From positions 1 to 52,661 of the IMG/VR virus record IMGVR_UViG_3300009537_000014: 52,661 bases of DNA; one strand, 5' to 3'. Position 1 is the first letter of the stretch; each line of letters starts with the position of its first letter. Origin of the DNA: a virus. Its lineage: Duplodnaviria > Caudoviricetes. Under the pieces are notes generated by a model, which did not search any database, was not told the DNA's origin, and saw nothing but the letters and a program-made list of their open reading frames with translations. The translations under genes were made by a program, and so were the position numbers. Positions 9,135 to 18,463 of the stretch are shown one piece after another.

Positions 9135-9788
9135 ATGTTAGATAAGATATATATTTTGGCAAAAGGGCCAAGTTGGTATCGATGTCCAGAGACAGTTCCG
9201 CCTAATACTGAGATCTGGGGATGTAACAGTACATATAAAGACCGCAAGCTTGATAAGTTGTTTATCATGCATGATATCAGGCTGGACATGATCTATGAGG
9301 ATGAGGATTTTGTGGAACATGTTAATGGGCTTGGCATCCCTGTTTACACAACTGGGCTATATAAAGTTCTTAAGAACAACAGATCCTTTCCAGTAGCGGA
9401 AGTGTACAACGAGTTTAGGATACCCTATCTACTCAATGTAATCTGTTACATGCTCGCTTATGCCATTACCCAGAAGCCCAAAGAGATAGAGCTATGTGGT
9501 GTGGACATGAGAGCTGGGGTAGAGTACATCGGGGAGAAGGGTTGCGTAGAGTTCTGGGTAGGTGTGGCTGTGGGCAGGGGTATTAAAGTTAACATACCTA
9601 ACGAGTCTATGGTCTGTAAGGACATCATGCCAAGGGATGTTAGAGCAAGAGATGGTGATACCCAGTTGATGTTTTATGGATACATGCATCGTACAAAGGA
9701 CAATGGTCTGGTGCAGCTTATTCCCAGAGGGGAACGTAAGTGTGCCAGCAAGTACAAGTTGGTTCCCGTAGGGGAAGAGGAGGAATAA
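9135..9788 (+). CDS. Rossmann-like protein, possibly sugar/glycosyl transferase-related
   Basis: IYILAKGPS, EIWGCN, YMLAYAI..KPKEIELCGVDM pattern resembling sialyltransferase/DUF115-like proteins. Confidence 0.45.
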   Translation: MLDKIYILAKGPSWYRCPETVPPNTEIWGCNSTYKDRKLDKLFIMHDIRLDMIYEDEDFVEHVNGLGIPVYTTGLYKVLKNNRSFPVAEVYNEFRIPYLLNVICYMLAYAITQKPKEIELCGVDMRAGVEYIGEKGCVEFWVGVAVGRGIKVNIPNESMVCKDIMPRDVRARDGDTQLMFYGYMHRTKDNGLVQLIPRGERKCASKYKLVPVGEEEE

Positions 9789-10111
9789 TGGCTGCTGCTG
9801 ACATAGATGTCTTAGAGTTTGGATTAAAGGTAGGCGGTACCGGTACTGACGAAACCGAGGTTTTTGCTGACAAGAGATACATCAAGATGCTGTGCTTTTC
9901 TGGGAACGCAGATAACGCTACTTGTGAACTTGCAACGAAAGATCCAAGCGGTGCTTATGTTGATGTTCATGCGCTGAAGTCTAGTGATACGAATGAGCTC
10001 AACGCTGCTTCCGGTAACTATATATGGTTTGGGGAAAGAGGGTCTCCGTTCGTAGGTTTAAAAGTTACTCTAAGCCATGCTAATGACAGACTTTATATTC
10101 ACTTCGCATAG
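9788..10111 (+). CDS. hypothetical virion protein
   Basis: TAATG coupling, RBS GAGGAGG; beta-rich. Confidence 0.6.
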   Translation: MAAADIDVLEFGLKVGGTGTDETEVFADKRYIKMLCFSGNADNATCELATKDPSGAYVDVHALKSSDTNELNAASGNYIWFGERGSPFVGLKVTLSHANDRLYIHFA

Positions 10112-10113
10112 CC

Positions 10114-10476
10114 ATGAGAGTTCTAGCCAGAGAGCCCCTCATGGTGGATGTGGCTGTAGGTCAAGCAGCCACCGTCTACAGTAATGTTACGGCCTTTGAC
10201 AGGGCTACAGGTGATTGCAGTATCTTCCTGTCGTCTACTGCTGGGGTCATTACCGTAACCCAACAGTGTTCCTTCAACCGGGAAGACTGGTACGATCCTA
10301 TTGACTCCTCTGGGAACAAGCTAGGCGAGGTGATCACAGCCCAAACTGTGACTACTGGTCTATGGATATCTTTCACTCCTGTCTTGGCTCCTTATTCCCG
10401 TTTCAAAGTGGTTGAGGCCAACTCTGCGCCTACAACCGTAACCCTCAGACTCATGTATCAGGAGCAACCTAGGTAA
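10114..10476 (+). CDS. hypothetical virion protein
   Basis: Tightly packed ORF, beta-sandwich-like composition. Confidence 0.6.
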   Translation: MRVLAREPLMVDVAVGQAATVYSNVTAFDRATGDCSIFLSSTAGVITVTQQCSFNREDWYDPIDSSGNKLGEVITAQTVTTGLWISFTPVLAPYSRFKVVEANSAPTTVTLRLMYQEQPR

Positions 10477-10964
10477 TGGGCTTCCAGCATAAGGCGAATG
10501 GCAAGGTAGAGGTCAGAAGGACGGAGCGTATCATTGATGTACCTAAGTTCAGGGAAGTAGAGGTCATCAAGCCTAAGATTGTTTATCGGGATGAGATCAT
10601 CGATAGACCTGTCTATAAGGACTACGAGGTTCTGAGACCTGTGTTCAAGGACGTAGAAGTCACCAGGGCGGTCATCAAAGAGGTCGAAGTGGTCGTAGAG
10701 GTCCCCAAGTATGTCGAGAAGGTTATCGAGGTTCCTAAGTACGTGGAGAGGGCCGTAGAGGTCCCACAGTACATTACAAAAGAGGTCTTAGTAGACAAGG
10801 TAACCGTTATTCCTAAGATCAAAGAGGTCCCAGTAGAGAAGGAGATTATCAAGCCTGTCTTTGTTGAGAGGGAGATTGTTGTGGATAAGCCTAAGTTTAG
10901 GGATAGGCATATTGATATTATTAAGCCCCATTATAAATGCCAGGGGTGTGGGATGGAGATCTAA
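10476..10964 (+). CDS. V/E/K/P repeat protein (alveolin/articulin-like repeats) with C-terminal CxxC
   Basis: About 10-aa repeats VEVPKYVEKV / IEVPKYVERA / VEVPQYITKE; terminal CQGC. Confidence 0.7.
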   Translation: MGFQHKANGKVEVRRTERIIDVPKFREVEVIKPKIVYRDEIIDRPVYKDYEVLRPVFKDVEVTRAVIKEVEVVVEVPKYVEKVIEVPKYVERAVEVPQYITKEVLVDKVTVIPKIKEVPVEKEIIKPVFVEREIVVDKPKFRDRHIDIIKPHYKCQGCGMEI

Positions 10965-11254
10965 TGCCGTTTTCAAGTAACCAACTTACACGTATTGCTG
11001 GTGGACCAGTAACTTACTATACTGAGTATACGACTACTAACGCATATGTTGAGAATGTATTCGGTGGTAACGTCAACTCTATCACTGTTACTAACGACTC
11101 GGCTACAGATCCAGTGCAAGTATCATGGGATGGGGCTACTTTAGAAGGTGAGATAAAGGCTGGTGAGAGCATGACGTTTAATGCGAAGACACAGACGAGT
11201 GTCTACATCAGTGCTACTACTGGTGGGGATAATGTGAGGATTTGGGGGTGGTAG
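10964..11254 (+). CDS. hypothetical virion protein
   Basis: TAATG coupling; small beta-sandwich-like ORF. Confidence 0.6.
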   Translation: MPFSSNQLTRIAGGPVTYYTEYTTTNAYVENVFGGNVNSITVTNDSATDPVQVSWDGATLEGEIKAGESMTFNAKTQTSVYISATTGGDNVRIWGW

Positions 11255-11266
11255 TAACTTGTTTAT

Positions 11267-11365
11267 TTATAAGGGTTTATGTGTCTTGACATGACACATC
11301 TTACAAATAGGGATATAGAACGCTGTAAGAGGCTTTTGAGTTTTGCAGGTTGTACATGTTTTCAT
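11267..11365 (-). pseudogene. truncated HNH-endonuclease-like zinc-finger remnant (32 aa)
   Basis: MKTCTTCKTQKPLTAFYIPICKMCH resembles the N-terminus of phage HNH endonucleases; no catalytic part. Confidence 0.5.
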
Positions 11366-11371
11366 GGCTTA

Positions 11372-11399
11372 AGTTTACCATATAATACAGTAATGTCAA
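11372..11399 (-). promoter_or_regulatory. antisense sigma70-type promoter
   Basis: Minus strand TTGACA-16 nt-TAAACT with TG extension, ending ~7 nt before ATG 11365. Confidence 0.55.
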
Positions 11400-11403
11400 G
11401 GGG

Positions 11404-12798
11404 TTGGTAATGAGAAACAAAAGTCATCTTGAGAAGCCAGTAGATCTTACCGAGACCATCGCCCTCACCGACCTCTCGGATGTTACCATCACCTCCGCCG
11501 TCCAGTATCAACACCTTGAACTAAATGGTTCTGGCGAGTGGGTCAACGTCACCAACATGAACCTCGGTACGGGGACTCTCACCGCCAACGCTTTCATCAT
11601 CGGGGCGTATACCCTCAACGTGAGTGAATGGCTTTACCTTGACGGGCAGAATCAGCATGTTAAGACTACATCAAGCCCATACTTTGTAGGCCTGACTCTC
11701 TCAGGCGACCTCGCCGTAAACGGAGGCGACCTTACTTCCACTTCGGCTACCTTCAACCTGCTCTCCACCGTCACCACTTTGAACATGGGCAACACCGCCG
11801 TCACTACCGCCAACATTGCCACGGGAGCCGTAACTTCCAACTTCGGTGCGGCTGGCGCTGTTAATATCGCTCCGACTGCCGCTGGTGATATAACCTGTTT
11901 TGGGACTACCGATGTTGGCGATACAACAGATGGTAAAAGTTTTTATGTTTACAGGAAAGCCGCTGAGGGAGATGGTTATATAAGACAGTATATAGACCAA
12001 TACGGACATTGTTACCTTCAGGGAGTTCCGTATCGTGCTGCATCTAATTTCATAATTGATTGCATAGGCGGTGGGGACTTAGAGTTACAGTATTTCGCTG
12101 GAGGCGATATTACACTCTTTGAGGCTTCAGCAAGTGGAGAGAATAGAAGCGTTAAACAGGCGGGCTACATTACTGCCGCTACTGATGAAGTAGAAGTCCA
12201 TTGGACGGTCAAGGACACAGATGACTACTACTGGCTTGAGAGGGAGACAGCGGATATTCTCGGCTTCAAGATTGACATGCCCCTCGACTTGATAGACAAC
12301 AACTTTACCACAACAGGTCAAGTCCAAGCCGAACACCTTTACTCGACAGATGACGCTGTGATAGACGGTGATTTAACCGTAAGCGGTGAGATGAAGGGTT
12401 CGAGAATAGTTTATAACTTTGGCTATACAGCAGGATTAAATGGGCCAAACACATTTGTTTTAGAGGTTGGCCCAAGAGTGAAAAGTGGTCTTGCGGCCTC
12501 TCAAGGTTATTTGATGCCAAGAGCAGGTAGTGTTGTCGGTATAGCCATTATATTAGATGTAAACGCTTCTGCTGGAGGCGATGTCGACTTTCTGGCAAGA
12601 ACAGATAATGATACCACATTATTTACAGAAACTATATCGGCTCCTGGTGTTGCAGATGGGCATAAACAATATAACACGTTTACAAGAGGAACTTACACTT
12701 TTAGTGCTGGAGAAGTTCTTCAAGTGAGAATGGATGTTGATGCTGGGGTTACAACCGATGATGTAATAGTAAGTTTAGAGGTTCAGTTTGATACATAA
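11404..12798 (+). CDS. tail fibre / receptor-binding protein
   Basis: LTDLSDVTIT..L..NGS.WVN fibre repeat, SSPYFVGLTLSG, G/T/A-rich, C-terminal beta-sandwich. Confidence 0.7.
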   Translation: MVMRNKSHLEKPVDLTETIALTDLSDVTITSAVQYQHLELNGSGEWVNVTNMNLGTGTLTANAFIIGAYTLNVSEWLYLDGQNQHVKTTSSPYFVGLTLSGDLAVNGGDLTSTSATFNLLSTVTTLNMGNTAVTTANIATGAVTSNFGAAGAVNIAPTAAGDITCFGTTDVGDTTDGKSFYVYRKAAEGDGYIRQYIDQYGHCYLQGVPYRAASNFIIDCIGGGDLELQYFAGGDITLFEASASGENRSVKQAGYITAATDEVEVHWTVKDTDDYYWLERETADILGFKIDMPLDLIDNNFTTTGQVQAEHLYSTDDAVIDGDLTVSGEMKGSRIVYNFGYTAGLNGPNTFVLEVGPRVKSGLAASQGYLMPRAGSVVGIAIILDVNASAGGDVDFLARTDNDTTLFTETISAPGVADGHKQYNTFTRGTYTFSAGEVLQVRMDVDAGVTTDDVIVSLEVQFDT

Positions 12799-13280
12799 TG
12801 TGGATAGACATAGATAAAACAGACACGGTTAATATCGCCCGCTTCGCAGACATCATGCGTAAGATGGGAAACTGGCACACAAGCCCTGCCGTAACCCCCG
12901 CTGTGGTACGGAGGGTTCAAAAGTTTATGCGTAAGACGAACCCGACAGCACTCAGGTATTATAATGACGGAACTATCGAAATGTTCATGATGTGGAAGTG
13001 GGCCGATGCAATTAGTATGTGGAACCTCTACGCATGGGGTTCCAACTCCGCAAACCACAGGAAGGTTGCCAAGGTGTTTACTGATGAGCTGGAGCGGTTC
13101 CTAAAGAGCAAAGGGGCTGACAGGTGCTATGCCTCAGTTCCGACATTTACCGATACAGACGCTATCGCTTCATGGGATGAATTCGACAAGCTCATGGACG
13201 TGGAGAGGAAGCCGGAGGGAAAGTCCACCTACTGGCTCATGCGTCTTGATAAACTGAAACCAACGGCGGTGATAAGATAA
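12798..13280 (+). CDS. hypothetical protein
   Basis: TAATG-coupled 160-aa ORF. Confidence 0.6.
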   Translation: MWIDIDKTDTVNIARFADIMRKMGNWHTSPAVTPAVVRRVQKFMRKTNPTALRYYNDGTIEMFMMWKWADAISMWNLYAWGSNSANHRKVAKVFTDELERFLKSKGADRCYASVPTFTDTDAIASWDEFDKLMDVERKPEGKSTYWLMRLDKLKPTAVIR

Positions 13281-13771
13281 TGGTGGGCCCAGTCGTATTC
13301 AAATCGGTTCCGATAAGTAACGCTACGACCAACTGGAGCGTCTACGACTATGGGCGTATTGATGAGGGTTTTACCTCTGGATATGGGGATACCTTTGAGA
13401 TTGTAGCCGATGACGGGGACGAGAATGAAACCCAGTCATATAACCATACCCCACCGCCCGCTGACCTTAACAACATAGACCAGATCGTATGGCATGTTAG
13501 GTCTGGGACTGATATTTGTTGTTGTTATGGCAATATATACGTAGATGGTGTGTGGCAAGCTCAAAAGTGGTTTATTGGTGGAAATACTGATCATGTACAA
13601 ACACTTACTGGGCCTTTTACCGATTTCTCAACATTCCAATGTAGGTTTGTTTCTGGGACTTTAGGAAAGGGTGACGAGAACCGCATAGACTATTCAACGA
13701 TCATCCTATATGGCTATGGCACAACTAACCTACAGGGTGGCAACCTACAAGGAGGCACGTTAGCAGGATGA
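13280..13771 (+). CDS. hypothetical virion/fibre-associated protein
   Basis: TAATG-coupled; beta-rich; C-terminal LQGG repeats. Confidence 0.55.
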   Translation: MVGPVVFKSVPISNATTNWSVYDYGRIDEGFTSGYGDTFEIVADDGDENETQSYNHTPPPADLNNIDQIVWHVRSGTDICCCYGNIYVDGVWQAQKWFIGGNTDHVQTLTGPFTDFSTFQCRFVSGTLGKGDENRIDYSTIILYGYGTTNLQGGNLQGGTLAG

Positions 13772-14376
13772 AGAAGATACTCTGCTTGACTCCGCTCTCT
13801 TGGGCCACCGTACCCGTCCACTACCACATAGCCATGCTTGAGATGAAAGACTATGGGATAGAGAAGGGGACATTCAACCTACGCTTCGCCTACTCTGACA
13901 ACGCCTTCCTCGACTACGCAAGAGACGAATTGGCTCAAGCGGCCCTTAAGACCGACATCGACTACTTCCTCTGGATTGACGCAGACCAAGTGTATCCGAG
14001 GAACACGCCTGAGATTCTCATGGCTCACGTGGACTCGGGCAAGCTCGTAGTAGGAGGCATCACCCCTCGCAGTGACAACGGTCTTCCCATGATACGCAAA
14101 CGCCTTGAGGACGGAACCTACTGCTACACCGACAAGGTTCCCAAGGGGCTATTCAAAGTGGACGCAATGGGCATGGGTGGGGTCATGACCCACCGCTCAG
14201 TATTTGAGAAGCTCAAGTACCCCTACTTCATGATGCGTCCTTTGAACGGGGGCTATCTCGCAGAGAGCCTGAGCTTCTTTGAGAGGTGTAACGAGGCAGG
14301 TATCGAGACTTGGTGCGACACCACGCTTCAATATGTCCACATGGAAATGAAACCAGTAAGGCTCAGAGGAGAATAA
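13768..14376 (+). CDS. GT-A fold glycosyltransferase-like protein
   Basis: ARDELAQAAL..DYFLWIDADQ (DxD), VDAMGMGGVMTHRSVFEK, ESLSFFERC..AG....CD. Confidence 0.75.
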   Translation: MKKILCLTPLSWATVPVHYHIAMLEMKDYGIEKGTFNLRFAYSDNAFLDYARDELAQAALKTDIDYFLWIDADQVYPRNTPEILMAHVDSGKLVVGGITPRSDNGLPMIRKRLEDGTYCYTDKVPKGLFKVDAMGMGGVMTHRSVFEKLKYPYFMMRPLNGGYLAESLSFFERCNEAGIETWCDTTLQYVHMEMKPVRLRGE

Positions 14377-14377
14377 G

Positions 14378-14527
14378 ATGACCATAATAGAGGCACTGAA
14401 CACGGTACGAAACATTTGTGATGCGGTGAGGCTTAACAAGCAGGAGCGGACTCAAGTTGACTTGGCACTCCAGACGATTGCCAATGCGTTGAAGCCCCCA
14501 CCGAAGGAAGAGAAGAAAGATGGCTGA
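14378..14527 (+). CDS. small hypothetical protein (49 aa, not in ORF track)
   Basis: RBS GAGGAG; MTIIEALNTVRNICDAVRLNKQERTQVDLALQTIANALK... Confidence 0.55.
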   Translation: MTIIEALNTVRNICDAVRLNKQERTQVDLALQTIANALKPPPKEEKKDG

Positions 14528-14765
14528 GATGAACGGAACATGGAAACTCGCCTTCTGGGTCATGACGCTCATGTGTTGCACATGGCTCATGGGGCTTACT
14601 TGGGGAGTCGTGGAGAACGACCGCCTTCGTGTGGAAGGCGACATGAACAACGCCAACGCCCGCATCAAAGCCTTAGAGCGTATTGTGGACAAGTTCGACG
14701 TGATTAAAGATGCGGTCTACAGTATTGACAGTAGGCTTGCACGGATAGAAGCAAAAATACAATAG
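14520..14765 (+). CDS. membrane protein with one TM helix plus coiled coil (holin/spanin-like?)
   Basis: WKLAFWVMTLMCCTWLMGLTWGVV then heptad-rich tail. Confidence 0.5.
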   Translation: MAEMNGTWKLAFWVMTLMCCTWLMGLTWGVVENDRLRVEGDMNNANARIKALERIVDKFDVIKDAVYSIDSRLARIEAKIQ

Positions 14766-14775
14766 GAGGCAGTTA

Positions 14776-15225
14776 ATGCGGGGAAATAAGAGAGATGATT
14801 ATGTAATGTCTCTTAGTGAACTTAAGGGGTTGGATGCCGAGCGAAAAGAGGCACAAGCTACCCTTAAGGCATTGGAGCAAGATAAGTATGGGGACGGTAC
14901 GCCAGGCGGAACGATTGATAGGGACAGGATACGGAAGGAGGTTAAGAGGTATGACGATATTATAGGCCGTCATACTCCTTCAAACATACGTGGGGTCAAG
15001 AAGGATAAGCTAGCCAAACGTGCTAGTGAGCTTAGAGAGCAGATAAAAGAAGGCATGCCGACTCGCAGTGAGATGAATGACCTTCGTAGATATCCTGGGG
15101 CTCCTATTAAGAATCTTGAGTGGGAGAAGAGAAACGCACAGAGGCTCCAGGAGTATAAGCAAACTATGAGGCGTTTGGAACCCAACGATCCATCGTCTGC
15201 GAGCGTAGAAAGGTTCAGGAGATAA
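14776..15225 (+). CDS. hypothetical basic helical protein
   Basis: RBS GGAGG; 149 aa. Confidence 0.65.
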   Translation: MRGNKRDDYVMSLSELKGLDAERKEAQATLKALEQDKYGDGTPGGTIDRDRIRKEVKRYDDIIGRHTPSNIRGVKKDKLAKRASELREQIKEGMPTRSEMNDLRRYPGAPIKNLEWEKRNAQRLQEYKQTMRRLEPNDPSSASVERFRR

Positions 15226-15572
15226 TGCACGACCCGTTTAAGAGAGCGCATACTACCGCTAGTAGAGGTTTTATAGATTCAAAGTCTGTGAGGTATGGGT
15301 GGAACGCTGAGCATACAAGTCTTAAAGACTCTCATTATGTTCGCTGTAGACGGTGTGGTTTTATGTGCAATACGGGCAGGGAAATAAGACCTGGTGAACG
15401 TTCTGGAGATGGTATCTCGATAACTGAGGATGCTTTTAGCACTTATAGCTTCTCCGGGTACTGGGGAGTAGACGCTTGGGGGAACGAGCTTTGGGGAGGA
15501 GAGAATATCCTGCGTGATGAACCAGTAGTAGGTAGTGGTTGTCCGCTATGTGGAGCCTATACATATGTTTAG
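15225..15572 (+). CDS. split zinc-ribbon protein (paralog 1)
   Basis: YVRCRRCGFMC ... GCPLCGAY. Confidence 0.65.
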   Translation: MHDPFKRAHTTASRGFIDSKSVRYGWNAEHTSLKDSHYVRCRRCGFMCNTGREIRPGERSGDGISITEDAFSTYSFSGYWGVDAWGNELWGGENILRDEPVVGSGCPLCGAYTYV

Positions 15573-15885
15573 ATCAGTGCATCCTATAACTCCTGGCCTG
15601 ACAAGCAAGAGGGTTTCTTCTGATGCGGTATTGTCTGGAGAGAACAGTGATCTTTTAAAGAAGGATCTCAGAGATAACCGTTTTGTTAGATGTAGTAAGT
15701 GTCACTTTATATGCCATCTGGACAGAGATATGAGGGCTCCTGATGGAAGCAAGGCAGAGGATGGGATCGATATAACTTCCAATACTTACTCGACTGTTGA
15801 TCCTAGCGGCGGGACTAGAGATCAAGCGGACCCAACGGTAACCAACGGCTGTCCTATGTGTGGGAGTTACATGTATGGGGACTAA
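15565..15885 (+). CDS. split zinc-ribbon protein (paralog 2)
   Basis: FVRCSKCHFIC ... GCPMCGSY. Confidence 0.65.
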   Translation: MFRSVHPITPGLTSKRVSSDAVLSGENSDLLKKDLRDNRFVRCSKCHFICHLDRDMRAPDGSKAEDGIDITSNTYSTVDPSGGTRDQADPTVTNGCPMCGSYMYGD

Positions 15886-16621
15886 TACTACTAACCTATC
15901 TTTATATAAGCCAACGCCTGGTACTGAGAAGAGTTGGGGCGAAGATATTAATACCAACTTTGACATCATTGATACCGAGGTAACAGCATTAAAGGCGCCT
16001 ACATACGTAGTCCAGACTGCTAGCGCAACTCTAGCCAACGAACAAGCGTTGGGTTCTCTCTCGTCGGGTATCGTTAAAGTTACTACAACTACAGGCGTAC
16101 TTAGTTCTGTAACAGCTCCTTCTGGTGCCGTTGTTGGTACTACTGACACGCAGACCCTTTCAGCGAAGACACTAACTAGCCCTGTCATCAATACAGGCGT
16201 GTCTGGAACCGCCTTCCTTGATGAAGATAATATGGCTTCTAATTCTGCTACGAAGCTTGCTTCTCAGCAGTCTATTAAGGCTTATGTTGATGACAAGACA
16301 GCGTATGCTTCCATAGCTTTAACTGATACAGCTACGATTGCTACGGATGCATCTCTCGGAGATTACTTTAGAGTTACCTTGGGTGGGAATCGCACTTTGG
16401 GGGAACCATCCAATCCCTCTGATGGTCAGCGAGTATTATGGGAGTTTATCCAAGATGGGAGTGGAAGTAGAACGATTACTTTGAATGCTATCTTTGCTCT
16501 TGGTACAGATATTTCTTCTGTGACTTTAACTACAACCCCTTCGAAGAGAGATTTTATGTATGCTGTATATAACTCGACAGCGGACAAGTGGTATGTCGTT
16601 GGGTTTGTGAAAGGGTACTGA
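15875..16621 (+). CDS. tail fibre protein
   Basis: TTNLSLYKP..SWGEDINTNFDIID anchor, VGTTDTQTLSAKTLTSP, SQQSIKAYVD, C-terminal QDGSGSRTIT domain. Confidence 0.75.
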   Translation: MGTNTTNLSLYKPTPGTEKSWGEDINTNFDIIDTEVTALKAPTYVVQTASATLANEQALGSLSSGIVKVTTTTGVLSSVTAPSGAVVGTTDTQTLSAKTLTSPVINTGVSGTAFLDEDNMASNSATKLASQQSIKAYVDDKTAYASIALTDTATIATDASLGDYFRVTLGGNRTLGEPSNPSDGQRVLWEFIQDGSGSRTITLNAIFALGTDISSVTLTTTPSKRDFMYAVYNSTADKWYVVGFVKGY

Positions 16622-17790
16622 TGGATTCTCCTTTGATTAGTATAGAGTCAACACCGCCGGCTTCTGGCGTTATAGAATATGCTCCTTTGATGTTTAACTA
16701 TAATGACCAGTGGCAAACGACTAGGAATGCTCGTACAGAGTCTGTAATGCCTGTAGGGGGAACAATAAAGTGGTGGAAAGCAAAACTTAGTTCTGCTCCT
16801 GGCTCTGGTGATTCTAGGACTTTTACTATAGTTAAGAATGGGGTTGAAACGAGTGCAACATTGACTTTATCTGGCTCTACAAGGGAAGCAAGGTGGACAG
16901 GTGAGATTTCGTTTTCATCTAATGACAAGCTTTGTGTAAAAGGGACAGCTTCTGGTACGCCATCGGCGACGAATATAAGGTGGTATATGTTGTTCGTTCA
17001 TTCTTCATATTCTGTGCTTATAGGAAACACGAAAGATGTCGTTCTTCCATTGGACAGGTATTTTGGTGTTCAAGGTACGTGTCAGGTTGAAACAGCGTCG
17101 TCTACAATGTGCGTGATTCCAACAAATATAACGTTGCAAAACTTACAGGTATATCTAGATACAGCTCCAGGTTCTAGCAAGTCTAGGACATTTACTTTGT
17201 GCAATAATGGAGTGGCTACAAGTTACCAGGTTACTATTTCTGATACTAATACTGAAGCGGAATATAATGCCACTACATTAAGCGTTTCTGCTGGAGATTA
17301 TTTAGAGTTTAAAGCTACGGCCACTGGTGTTGCTGCCAACTGTTATGTTAGTTGGGGTATGTCTTATGAGCCTAGCGTTGATGGAGAATCGGTATTGACG
17401 GCACCTGCTGAAGATGCCGTAAGCACTGTAGGAAAGAGATGTTTATTTGGTTGGGATACGTTTTCAAACTTTACTCCTAGTTATAGTTCTGTTCCATCGT
17501 GTGTGTTTAAGAAAATTTATGTATATACAGACACAGCTCCTGGGGCTGGAAAGAATTTCCTTTGCAGGTTAGAGCAATATACTACAAACACAATCGTTGA
17601 ATGTGATCTAGCGGATGTGAATACGTCTGCGAATGAAACGACCAAGGAGTTTGTTCCTATTTCTGAAGATTCATCGACATTGCATTTTGAAGTTGTTCCT
17701 TACAATACACCATCTCTGGGGCGAATGACTTTAGGTATTGTTTGCTACATGAACCCAACAAATAATGGCTTAATATTTCTTAAAAACTAG
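16621..17790 (+). CDS. virion protein with three tandem beta-sandwich repeats
   Basis: Repeated motif SAPGSGDSRTFT / TAPGSSKSRTFT / TAPGAGKN; AT-rich coding. Confidence 0.6.
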   Translation: MDSPLISIESTPPASGVIEYAPLMFNYNDQWQTTRNARTESVMPVGGTIKWWKAKLSSAPGSGDSRTFTIVKNGVETSATLTLSGSTREARWTGEISFSSNDKLCVKGTASGTPSATNIRWYMLFVHSSYSVLIGNTKDVVLPLDRYFGVQGTCQVETASSTMCVIPTNITLQNLQVYLDTAPGSSKSRTFTLCNNGVATSYQVTISDTNTEAEYNATTLSVSAGDYLEFKATATGVAANCYVSWGMSYEPSVDGESVLTAPAEDAVSTVGKRCLFGWDTFSNFTPSYSSVPSCVFKKIYVYTDTAPGAGKNFLCRLEQYTTNTIVECDLADVNTSANETTKEFVPISEDSSTLHFEVVPYNTPSLGRMTLGIVCYMNPTNNGLIFLKN

Positions 17791-17797
17791 GTGAAAA

Positions 17798-18463
17798 ATG
17801 AACAGACAAAATATAAGAGACCTGGCTAGGAAGAACCTAGGCGAGACTACCGCATCTTTCTGGACGAATGCTGAACTGAATACTTGGATCAATGATGCCG
17901 GTACTGATATCGCCTTTGAGACCAAGAGCATCCGTACCAACGGGTATATAACTACTGTGGAAGATCAAGAAGAATATTCTATATCTACAGATCTTGATTC
18001 TGCTCTTATAGCGGTAGCAGAGGTGTACTTCTATCAGAATGCTACAACGTGGAGAAGGCTTGAAGAAACTAATCGTGAGAGATTGAAGGTAGAGCATCCT
18101 GGTTGGATGTCTGCTGGATCTGGTGTTCCTACCCAGTATTACTGGTCTAGAGAGGAAGACTTGATAGGTGTATATGTTCCTCCTGATAGCACGAATGCTG
18201 GCACTGATTATATGAGGGTGTATTATTCTAAGGCTTTCACGGATCTGGCGTCAGATGCGGCTGTCCCCACATTACCAGAGTATCTCCATATGGCTATGGT
18301 GCATCATGTGACAGCGACCGGCTACCAGCAGAGAGGTTATGGAGACAAAGCAAACGACGCTTGGAGCAAGTATCATTCGAGGATAGCTGCTTACTACAAA
18401 GAACTTAAGCGTGAACGTGAGGATGAAGAGATTATAATGAAGCCAGAAAGGAATCTCTGGTAA
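17798..18463 (+). CDS. head-tail adaptor (podovirus tail tube A-like)
   Basis: FWTNAELNTWINDA, GVPTQYY, P.LPEYLH.AMV motifs; upstream of nozzle gene. Confidence 0.7.
   Translation: MNRQNIRDLARKNLGETTASFWTNAELNTWINDAGTDIAFETKSIRTNGYITTVEDQEEYSISTDLDSALIAVAEVYFYQNATTWRRLEETNRERLKVEHPGWMSAGSGVPTQYYWSREEDLIGVYVPPDSTNAGTDYMRVYYSKAFTDLASDAAVPTLPEYLHMAMVHHVTATGYQQRGYGDKANDAWSKYHSRIAAYYKELKREREDEEIIMKPERNLW

Noticed and set aside
11404-17790. Diversity-generating retroelement acting on fibre genes
   Set aside because: No reverse transcriptase and no TR/VR pair differing at adenines was seen.
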